A stretch of 63,435 nucleotides of DNA, filler included, from Actinomycetota bacterium (lineage in GTDB: Bacteria; Actinomycetota; Actinomycetes; JAKEEW01), in assembly GCA_046725875.1 (NCBI GenBank). It is 5 parts of 5 records of this genome, joined end to end, with 100 filler letters (N's around TTAATTAATTAA, not from the genome) between each part and the next. Parts side by side here need not be neighbours in the genome. Positions count along the whole stretch, not along the records: positions 37,829 to 45,379 come from JBKOZJ010000091.1; positions 45,480 to 55,512 come from JBKOZJ010000092.1; 3 more parts are not named here. The stretch is one strand, 5' to 3'. The notes under the pieces were generated by a model, which was given only the letters and a program-made list of their open reading frames with translations, was not told where the DNA came from and did no database searches. The position numbers were made by a program, and so were the translations under genes. Shown one piece after another: positions 39,542 through 47,378 of this stretch; within the stretch, counting starts at the first letter, position 1; the number at the start of each line of letters is the position of its first letter.

Positions 39542-39765
39542 AGAACTTCGACCGCGCCGCGCACTACGAGATCCGGGTTGAGGGCACCCTCGACAGCTGC
39601 TGGGAGACATGGTTCGACGAGCTCCAGGTCAGGAACGAGCGCGGCGAGACTGTCCTCTCGGGCCTGCTGATCTTGATCGATCAGGCCGCGCTGCATGGTG
39701 TGCTCGCAAAGATCCGCGACCTCGGGCTCTGCCTGATCTCTGTGCGCCGGCTGGGCCCCGAATAG
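39538..39765 (+). CDS. Small conserved hypothetical protein (YEIRV.G.L...WF / DQAALHG.L..IRDLGL family)
   Basis: Recognisable conserved motifs; ATGA overlap with the sigma remnant stop. Confidence 0.75.
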   Translation: MKNFDRAAHYEIRVEGTLDSCWETWFDELQVRNERGETVLSGLLILIDQAALHGVLAKIRDLGLCLISVRRLGPE

Positions 39766-40222
39766 CAACGTGGCAACAATCACACGGAAGCCAGCACAAA
39801 ACTCCCGGCCGATTCCCTCCCCCCGGAGTGTCCCCTCCCACGCCTCCCGGTCGTCGTCATAACGACGCCACTCGAGGAGGACGAGATGCGAACCCCGCGG
39901 ATCCAACCATCTGGACGGGGTCGGTGCTGCGAACCCACAGCTGGGGTTTTGCGCCGCTGCGAGGCTCGGCCTGTTCCCCGGCCTGTCACGCTCGCCGATC
40001 GACGGCGGCTCCTTCGTGCTCGGGACCGGCTTGGCAGCACCTTCGTGCCGGGGCGCCGACCGCGAGAGATTCCACCGGCCGCGCACGTTCGAGTGACGCT
40101 CAGGCACCCGCGCCGGCTCATACCGTCGCTAACGGAAGCCGACCTCCCTGCCTTGTCACATTTGCGGTGGATCCACTGTCTCAACCATTAGGACCCTGGC
40201 AAGAGCCTTCAGGAGACAAATC

Positions 40223-41764
40223 ATGTCCCGAACACAATCGATACCTAGAGCCAGAGCCGTGCCGGACGTCGAGGCGACCGGCCTCAGGCCGCGGCTGGGC
40301 TTGGCGCTTCTGGTGATCGCGACGGCGCAGCTGATGGTGGTGCTGGACGCGACCATCGTCAACGTCGCGCTGCCGCATATCCAGCGCGCGCTCGGCTTTT
40401 CCGGCACCGGCTTGCAATGGGTGGTCAACGCCTACGCACTCACGTTCGGTGGGCTGATGCTGCTCGGCGGCCGGGCCGGTGACCTGCTGGGCCGGCGCCG
40501 AATGTTCATCGCCGGGCTGCTGCTGTTCTCCGCTGCGTCGCTGCTCGGCGGATTCGCGACCTCCGAGGCATGGCTGCTAGGTGCGCGCGCGGTGCAGGGC
40601 GCCGGCGCCGCGATCATCGCGCCGACGGCACTCGCACTGATCACCACGACCTTCGCCGAAGGCGCGGCGCGGAACCGGGCGATGGCCGTCTACGCCGCGA
40701 TGAGCGTCGCGGGCGGCGCGGTCGGGCTGCTCGCCGGGGGGCTGCTCACCACGTACGCGTCCTGGCGCTGGGTGCTGTTCGTCAACGTACCGATCGGCCT
40801 CGCAGCGGCGCTGGCCGCGCCGCGGGTGTTCACCGAGTCGGCGCCGCAGCGGGGCCGGTTCGACCTGCCCGGTGCGCTGGCCGGGACCGGCGGACTCGCC
40901 GCGCTGGTCTACGGGCTGACGAACGCGGCCACCACCGCGGACGGGGTCTCGCACTGGGGCGACGCGAAGGTAGTGGCGGCGCTGGCGGCGTCGGTGGTGC
41001 TGCTCGCGGCGTTCGCGGTGATCGAGCTGCGGAGCCGGAATCCTTTGCTGCCGCTGCGGTTGCTCCGCGACCGCGACCGGACCGGGGCGAACCTGATGAT
41101 GCTGTGCCTGGGGGCCGCCCTCTTTGGCGTGTTCTTCTTCCTGACCGTGTTCGTGCAGACGGTCTGGGGATACTCGGCGCTGAAGACCGGCGTGGCCTAC
41201 CTGCCGATGATGGCCATGATCATGGTCGGGTCCGGGGTCGCCGCTCAGCTGGTCGCGCGGGTCGGCGCCCGGCCGCTGCTGCTGGCCGGAGCCCCCACCG
41301 CCGCCGCCGGCCTGTTCTGGCTGTCGCGCATCAGCGAAGACGGCAGTTACCTCGGGGATGTGTTGGGGCCGATGCTCGTCCTCGCCACCGGCCTCGGCCT
41401 GCTGTTCATGCCGCTCACCCTCGTCGCCATGTCCCGGGTGCGCGACGAGGAGTCCGGCGTCGCGGCCAGCCTGCGCAACACCGGCCAGCAGGTCGGCGGC
41501 GCGATCGGGCTCGCACTCCTCGGTACCGTCGCATGGACCGTCGTCGCCAACACCGTCCGTGACCAGACGGCGCAGGCGGCGAACCAGCCCGGCCAATCAG
41601 GGCAGCCCAGTCGCGCGGCGCTTACAGCGATCTACAACCACGCGCTCGCCACCGGGTTCTCCCGCGCCTTCGTGGTCGCGGCCGGACTCATGCTGCTCGG
41701 TCTGATCATCGCGATTGTCTCGATCCGGGTGCGCCGCGCAGACCTAGGAGACGTTCGGATCTGA
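40223..41764 (+). CDS. MFS transporter, DHA2 (EmrB/QacA) type
   Basis: LD.TIVNVALP, GGRAGDLLGRRR, WRWVLFVNVPIG; AGGAG RBS. Confidence 0.94.
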   Translation: MSRTQSIPRARAVPDVEATGLRPRLGLALLVIATAQLMVVLDATIVNVALPHIQRALGFSGTGLQWVVNAYALTFGGLMLLGGRAGDLLGRRRMFIAGLLLFSAASLLGGFATSEAWLLGARAVQGAGAAIIAPTALALITTTFAEGAARNRAMAVYAAMSVAGGAVGLLAGGLLTTYASWRWVLFVNVPIGLAAALAAPRVFTESAPQRGRFDLPGALAGTGGLAALVYGLTNAATTADGVSHWGDAKVVAALAASVVLLAAFAVIELRSRNPLLPLRLLRDRDRTGANLMMLCLGAALFGVFFFLTVFVQTVWGYSALKTGVAYLPMMAMIMVGSGVAAQLVARVGARPLLLAGAPTAAAGLFWLSRISEDGSYLGDVLGPMLVLATGLGLLFMPLTLVAMSRVRDEESGVAASLRNTGQQVGGAIGLALLGTVAWTVVANTVRDQTAQAANQPGQSGQPSRAALTAIYNHALATGFSRAFVVAAGLMLLGLIIAIVSIRVRRADLGDVRI

Positions 41765-41838
41765 GCCCGTGCACGGCACAGCAGCGCCGACGTGCCAAAC
41801 CACGCGCGGCGAATGTAGCTAAGGCTCGCGGAACCGGA

Positions 41839-41871
41839 GTGCACATAGCCGACGTCGTCGGCTATGTGCAC
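41839..41871. terminator. Perfect 15-bp hairpin between convergent genes
   Basis: GTGCACATAGCCGAC-GTC-GTCGGCTATGTGCAC. Confidence 0.6.
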
Positions 41872-42332
41872 CCGGTGGATTGCACAGTGCTCACGCTCGG
41901 TGGCGGCCTGGCGAGCGCGGCGATGAGGTCGTCGATTCCACCGCGGGCCCGGGCGGCGCGGACCGGATCGATGTAGTCGCGCGACTCGACGATCTGTCCG
42001 TCGCGGACGCGCATGACGAAGATGCAGGGCACCTTGGTTACCCCGCCGTCCGGCGTCGAGAACTCGTAGCCGAACTCGGCGACTACCACCTCCGGGTCGG
42101 CGGTCTGGTGAACGACGATATCGACGACTCGCCGTTTGGGAACTGAGGCGGCCGGCGGAACGGTGAAGTGCTCGGTAAGCGCGGCGCGGCTCCGCAGCGG
42201 CTCGGCCTCGGGGGTCGCCATCGGATGCCGTACGTCGGTGACCTCGGCGTACAGGCCCGGCAGCTCCTCGAAGCGGCCGTCGGCGACGCCGTGGACCAGG
42301 CGAAGGAATACCTCCCGCGGGCTCGGCGCCAT
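41862..42332 (-). CDS. SnoaL-like / NTF2 family protein
   Basis: LYAE....HP, HQT.DPEVVVAEF.Y, VRDGQIVESRDY.D; GGAGG RBS. Confidence 0.88.
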   Translation of the reverse strand: MAPSPREVFLRLVHGVADGRFEELPGLYAEVTDVRHPMATPEAEPLRSRAALTEHFTVPPAASVPKRRVVDIVVHQTADPEVVVAEFGYEFSTPDGGVTKVPCIFVMRVRDGQIVESRDYIDPVRAARARGGIDDLIAALARPPPSVSTVQSTGCT

Positions 42333-42565
42333 GAGACCTCCGTGGATGGTGCTGTGAGTATTAGACCGACAGGCGGCTGTCGCCCGCCAGCTTTGGAGCC
42401 ACGTCGTCGAGCGACCGTCGGCCGGCGACGCGGGACCATCCATTCTTGCGTTCCAGGCCCGACAACAGCCCCAGCACATACGCTGACACCCGCCACCTGG
42501 GCTAACGCCGGTAGAACGGCGGCACCACCTGCGCGAACAGCCCTCCAGTCGCAGACCGTGTCGGG

Positions 42566-43369
42566 CTATTTGTTGGCGAGGTCGATCACGCGCCGATACG
42601 TGCCGATCTGGTCCGGCGTCCACCCGGCGGGGCCGAGCGCCTTGTCGTGGGTGATGATCCGGTAGATCAGGGCGCGGACCAGCATTTGCCTCCACTCGGG
42701 CAGGTGCGACCATCGGGCGAGCAGGTTGGGCGGGGCGTCGTACCAGCACACGGCGTCGGCGACGGCGACCGCTGACGCCCACGAGGTGGGCCGCCAATAC
42801 GCGGGCCAGTCGATGATTGCTGGTGGCAGGCCGTCGGCAAAGAGCACGTTGCCGAGCAGGTCGCCGTGCACCACCTGCGAGACGAGGTCAATCTGACGGC
42901 GGGCCTGGACGAGCGGCTCCAGCAGGTCCATTGCGGCCGAGGATGCCTGGATGGGGAGTTCGTCCCAGGCGACACGGTCTCCGTAGGACCACGGGTCATC
43001 GCGCTGGTCCAGGAATGCCGGCCGGGGCAGGTCCGCGATCGCTTCGTGGAAGGCGACCCCGGCGCGCAGCACGTCGTCGTGCCGGCAGACATCCGGCACG
43101 CCCGCGACGAGGCGGCTCGCTTCCCAGCCGCGGGCAACCCATGACCCATCCCTGGTCCTGGCCGGCCGCGCGACCCGGAACTCGGCCGAGTCCGGCAGCT
43201 CGTGGAGCACCTCGGCCCGCCATAGCGTCTCGGACAGGAACCCTACTGGCTTGAGGATCAGCCGGCCGGCACGCCACGTCCTCCCTTTGCCGCCCGGCAG
43301 CAGGATCGGTGGGTGCGTGACCCCGAACGCGGCCAGCACGATGCCTGGCGGGCTCGCTGATGACGTCAC
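42566..43369 (-). CDS. TIGR02569-like / aminoglycoside phosphotransferase-fold kinase
   Basis: FRVARP, DPWS..DR.AW, VHGDL.GNVLF, IIDW..YWRP. Confidence 0.82.
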   Translation of the reverse strand: MTSSASPPGIVLAAFGVTHPPILLPGGKGRTWRAGRLILKPVGFLSETLWRAEVLHELPDSAEFRVARPARTRDGSWVARGWEASRLVAGVPDVCRHDDVLRAGVAFHEAIADLPRPAFLDQRDDPWSYGDRVAWDELPIQASSAAMDLLEPLVQARRQIDLVSQVVHGDLLGNVLFADGLPPAIIDWPAYWRPTSWASAVAVADAVCWYDAPPNLLARWSHLPEWRQMLVRALIYRIITHDKALGPAGWTPDQIGTYRRVIDLANK

Positions 43370-43413
43370 ATATGAGAGTAAGTCCCGATGCGCGCCGGCC
43401 TTACGGCCGGAAC

Positions 43414-43869
43414 TTAGCCCAATCCTCCCGCCGACCTCGAGCTGTATCTCGGCGGCCAGTCGTTACGGCTGTCGCGCTCGCCCACCAGCACATCCTCGAT
43501 GAGGAACTCGTACGCCCAGGCCGATCCCACATCGAACGACCACGCTTTCGCGAGCGCGTTCCGCGTTTGGTCGTCGACGCGGCGCACCCGGCCGCGGATC
43601 TGCAGCTCATGGGGCACAGCGGGATCGGGGTAGGCGTGCAAGGCGTAGCGGCCGTCATCCTCGAGGTCAGTCAGCTTCGGCGACGGCAGGATGAATGCGT
43701 ACAGGCCACCTTCGACGATACCGACTGCGATCGGGTGAATCCGTGGCGGCGCGGCGCCGCCACTGACCGTGGCGAGCATCGCCTCGCCGCCGCCGGTCTG
43801 GTACAGCAGCTTCCGTCCCTTCTCCGCCAGTTCGGGCGATCCACTGGCGAACTCACCCCACCTCGCCAT
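43414..43869 (-). CDS. Pyridoxamine 5'-phosphate oxidase-like protein
   Basis: W.EF...P.LA, LATV....PRIHP, SPK..DL..DGRYALH. Confidence 0.82.
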   Translation of the reverse strand: MARWGEFASGSPELAEKGRKLLYQTGGGEAMLATVSGGAAPPRIHPIAVGIVEGGLYAFILPSPKLTDLEDDGRYALHAYPDPAVPHELQIRGRVRRVDDQTRNALAKAWSFDVGSAWAYEFLIEDVLVGERDSRNDWPPRYSSRSAGGLG

Positions 43870-44448
43870 GTGAAACTACACCTCCGGGCTCGGACTGCCT
43901 CTCGACAGAACCCTACGCGCGGGAATCGGTTGCCGAATCGGCCGAGCCTACGAGGAAAGGCCATCGGCCCCTCGCACACGACTGCGGCTGGATGTCCTCA
44001 TGGCTGAGCAGTCACCGCTCTCGGCGGACGAGCTGCCGGACATCGTTGACGAAACGACCGGTCATGCGCCCCCGCAGCGCGGCGTACGCCCACCGATGGC
44101 GGCACCGCTGCGAGCCGCCCTCTCATGCGGCTCCCCTTTAGCCGGCTTCAGGCGTTGGACGCGCTGTTCAGTGTGACGCGATCTGTACACGCTGTCGCTT
44201 CACCTGGACGGTGGGGGCCATGGGCACGCGCGGCTGTCGCCAGGGGGTGTGTCCAGGGCCGAGACCGTGCGCCGCGCGGCTTCGTCGATGTGGATGCGCT
44301 TCGATTCGCTCACTTCGACTCGCACGGAATGAAACGCCTCCCGAGTTGCCGACTGTCTCTTGCGCGGCGGCATCCGCTTCTGCGGCGATCCGCGCTGTCC
44401 TGCCGAATTGAGTGTGTTCCCGGCCGGCAGGGTCTGCGACAGGGAACC

Positions 44449-44902
44449 ATGCCCGATGGCTATGGCCCGAAGGTACGACCTTGTTGAGCGAATGCGCGAG
44501 CTGGGTGCGGGTGACCCCGAGGGATGGGCGCGCTCGGAACTGTGGAAGACATTCCAGGCGGCACGCTGGCTTGTCCTGCGCCGGATCCTGGCCTGACTCG
44601 ATCAACGGTTGGAGCCCGGAGAGCATCGCCGCGATTCCGGCTGCGCAACGTGCTGTCGAAGCCGGAGCCAACGCGGCCGACGTGGCGCAGGCTATGCGAG
44701 CCGCCGCATATGAGGCCGCGTTCGGGTGCTGTCCTTGATCGATGAGGGTATGACTCGGATCCTCCGGCAGAGGGCCTTGGCCGAGATCCGTTTCCACGAT
44801 GGTGGAGAGCGCGAGCCGAGCGGCCGCATCGTCGACGGCTTGCATGAAGACGTCCTCGGTGCAGACCCCTCCGGTTGGGAGGGCGCGGACCTGGGGGAAT
44901 GA
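44449..44902 (+). pseudogene. Frameshifted conserved hypothetical gene
   Basis: Segments ELGA.DPEGWARSE, QAARWLVLRRI, AAAYEAAF and GRIVDGLHEDVLGADPSG fall in different frames but read as one protein. Confidence 0.45.
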
Positions 44903-45379
44903 GCCCAAGCTTCTATGCCGCGATGAGGTTTGGCCGTCCAGCGATCCCGCATGCGCGCAGAACCCGGCATCCGGTGCGCGGGGTCTCGCGCAGTCCGACG
45001 TCCAGTAGGGACAGCTGGCCCTCGATCGGGGTTCGCCGGTGGGCAGCAACGCTACGTCCCACCCGGTCAGCCCGCTCGACCACTATCCACCGACCGCCTC
45101 CCCGGCCGAGATGATCGCCCCAATGTGCAGACCAACACCAGTGAGTGCACACAGTCCGGCACCAAAGACCTTGTTGAGGCCACGGACCCAGCCTGGCTGT
45201 CCCGGATAGATCGAGTCCATCAAACGCGGAACGTATGTCCACGCCACGCCCGCGCGAGCTAGGAACCCGAGGCCAAGAACGAGGATGCCGAGGGCTTCCG
45301 ACAGCTTCCCCGCCATCCCACACCTCAGCTGAAGACTTGACGGCCAACGAGCCGACCGCCGAGTGCGGAAAGTCTCCCC

Positions 45380-45479
45380 NNNNNNNNNNNNNNNNNNNNN
45401 NNNNNNNNNNNNNNNNNNNNNNNTTAATTAATTAANNNNNNNNNNNNNNNNNNNNNNNNNNNNNNNNNNNNNNNNNNNN
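45380..45479. other. Artificial contig spacer
   Basis: N-run / TTAATTAATTAA / N-run. Confidence 0.99.
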
Positions 45480-46009
45480 CCCGGTTCCATCCTGATCCGG
45501 TTGACACCGTCGTTGTCGTGGACCTCCCAGTCCTTTGCTCCGTACGTCTGGACAACGAATACATCGTGGGTGTCCGAATGCAGCGCAAAGCCTTGCGATC
45601 CGGCTGGGGTGAGATATGCGTTCGCCTGGCAGGCGTGACCCAGGCTCAGCTCGAGGTCTCGGACAATCTCCGTCAGCGGCGGCCAATAGCGCTGCAGCCC
45701 TTGCAGTACGACGCTGGCTCCGCCGTCGAAGAGAGCCAGCACCTTGCGTGGATCGACCAAGCCGGTCAGCGCGACACCGCCCATTGTGCCCGCGCGGGTG
45801 TAGTGCGTTGACGGCAGCACCGATCCGTCCTGGACCATCCGCACCGCCGGCGTGCGCAGCCCGGTCGACGTCAGCAAGTGATCGACGTCGTCGACGTCGA
45901 GCAAGGCGACCAAGTCGGTTGCCTCGGCGCGGTGTACGTGTATGCGACGCGACCACACCTTGTCGACGAAGGTCCGTGCGTCACCCGAGAGGAGGGTCAG
46001 TGCATCCAA
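45480..46009 (-). CDS. JmjC / Cupin_4 (YcfD/NO66-like) 2OG-Fe(II) oxygenase; truncated at contig end
   Basis: GASVVLQGL.R.WPP, QANAYLTP..SQGF..HSD.HDVFV.Q..G.K.W with the HxD iron motif and 2OG-binding Lys. Confidence 0.9.
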
Positions 46010-46043
46010 TGGTCAGAGGCTTCTTGGTCGTCGCGGTTAACCA

Positions 46044-46331
46044 TCAAGCGTCCACGCCATCGGCGTCGCGCTGGTCGGCGTCGGTCGTGTCGGTGCCGTC
46101 CGCATCGGTGGTGTCGGCGTCGTCGGAGTCTGTGGTGTCAGCGCCATCCGCATCGGTCATGTCGGTGCCGTCTGCGTCGGCCGCATCCGTGCCATCGGCG
46201 TCGGTCGAGTCCAGGCCGTCCGCATCCCCGGCGTCAAGGCTGTCGGCATCCCGCCTCCCCGTCGTGTCACTTCCACCGCCGACAGTTTCCATGTCGTCAT
46301 CGCTCAGCGGGCCGTTCGGGTTCACACTCAT
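46044..46331 (-). CDS. 95-aa Asp-rich repeat peptide with double-glycine-type leader (putative RiPP precursor)
   Basis: GGAGG-N5-ATG at 46331; leader ...LSDDDMETVGGG; octapeptide repeats D-A-D-G-x-D-x-x; stop 34 nt upstream of the cupin start, same strand. Confidence 0.8.
   Translation of the reverse strand: MSVNPNGPLSDDDMETVGGGSDTTGRRDADSLDAGDADGLDSTDADGTDAADADGTDMTDADGADTTDSDDADTTDADGTDTTDADQRDADGVDA
46047..46250 (-). repeat. Degenerate 24-bp coding tandem repeat (7 full units + 2 partial)
   Basis: DADSLDAG/DADGLDST/DADGTDAA/DADGTDMT/DADGADTT/DSDDADTT/DADGTDTT/DADQR/DADGVDA. Confidence 0.88.
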
Positions 46332-46646
46332 GGTTGCCTCCAATCAGCGCGGCGGCGGGCCCACCGCTCCAAGACCCAACCCTGTCGGCCCGATCTTCCC
46401 GGCGCAACCCATACCAGGCGCCGTCTCGCGCCATGCTCTTCGGGATTCGGGGGTTGATCGCGACCAATGGCGGGGCCCGGCCAGCCTGGTCGGCGCTCGC
46501 GGAGAACATTGCGATGAGCTCCGCCCGCGGTGTGCCGTGCTGCGGCCGGCTGGCCTCGTGGCCAGTTTCTGGCCTGGCGGGATTGAGGGGGCGATTCGGC
46601 GCGTTGTCGTGACGTAGGCATGAATGCGGTCGTTACTGTTGGAGGG

Positions 46647-47378
46647 ATGTTGGGTCTTCCTGAGCCGATCCAAGGTTGCCTGTTCGATCTCGACGGTGTC
46701 CTTACCCGCACCGCCGACCTTCATCGAGCGGCCTGGAAGGAAGTATTCGACGCTGTGCTCGCCGAGCTAGGCCCGACGCCGATCAAGCCATTCAGCGAGT
46801 CGGACTACCTTGAGTACGTCGACGGCAAGCAGCGCCGCGATGGCGTCCGGGACTTCTTGGCGTCTCGCGGCATCCATCTGCCAGAAGGTGACCCGGACGA
46901 CCCTCCAACGGCGAACACGATCGCTGGAGTGGGGAATCGCAAGAACGAGCTGTTCCTGCAGAAGGTAGAGACCGAGGGCGTTCACGTATACGAGGGGTCG
47001 CGACGTTATCTGGATGCCGTGCGGGAGGCCGGGCTCCTCCGCGCCGTTGTCACGGCCTCAGCCAACGCTAGGGCCGTTCTCGACGGCGCCGATCTGGGCG
47101 GCATGTTTGACGTGATCGTCGACGGCAACGTCGCCGCGGAGCAGCAGCTGGCTGGCAAACCGGCACCCGATACGTACCTGGCCGGGGCGGAGGCACTGGG
47201 TCTCGAACCCCGACAAGCGGCAGTCTTCGAGGACGCGCTGGCCGGTGTCGCGGCTGGGCGGGCCGGTCGGTTCGGCTACGTGGTTGGCGTAGACCGGGCG
47301 AACCAAGCGGCAAAGCTACGTGAACAAGGGGCAAGCGTCGTCGTTGACGACCTTGCCGATCTTTTGGAGCAGGCATGA
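46647..47378 (+). CDS. Beta-phosphoglucomutase family HAD hydrolase
   Basis: LFDLDGVLT, YVDGK.R.DGVR, GKPAPD, FEDA.AGV.AG. Confidence 0.92.
   Translation: MLGLPEPIQGCLFDLDGVLTRTADLHRAAWKEVFDAVLAELGPTPIKPFSESDYLEYVDGKQRRDGVRDFLASRGIHLPEGDPDDPPTANTIAGVGNRKNELFLQKVETEGVHVYEGSRRYLDAVREAGLLRAVVTASANARAVLDGADLGGMFDVIVDGNVAAEQQLAGKPAPDTYLAGAEALGLEPRQAAVFEDALAGVAAGRAGRFGYVVGVDRANQAAKLREQGASVVVDDLADLLEQA

Noticed and set aside
39766..40222. ORFs 39499-40107 and 39609-40316
   Set aside because: Arg/Pro-rich shadow ORFs typical of high-GC DNA; no family signal.
45083..45379. Short hydrophobic minus-strand ORF at the contig end
   Set aside because: Could be a small membrane protein, but there is no RBS or motif and it is cut by the gap.
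46047..46250. Possible CRISPR array or non-coding VNTR
   Set aside because: No unique spacers; the 24-nt period and synonymous variation show a coding repeat. No CRISPR array or cas gene was seen in the window.
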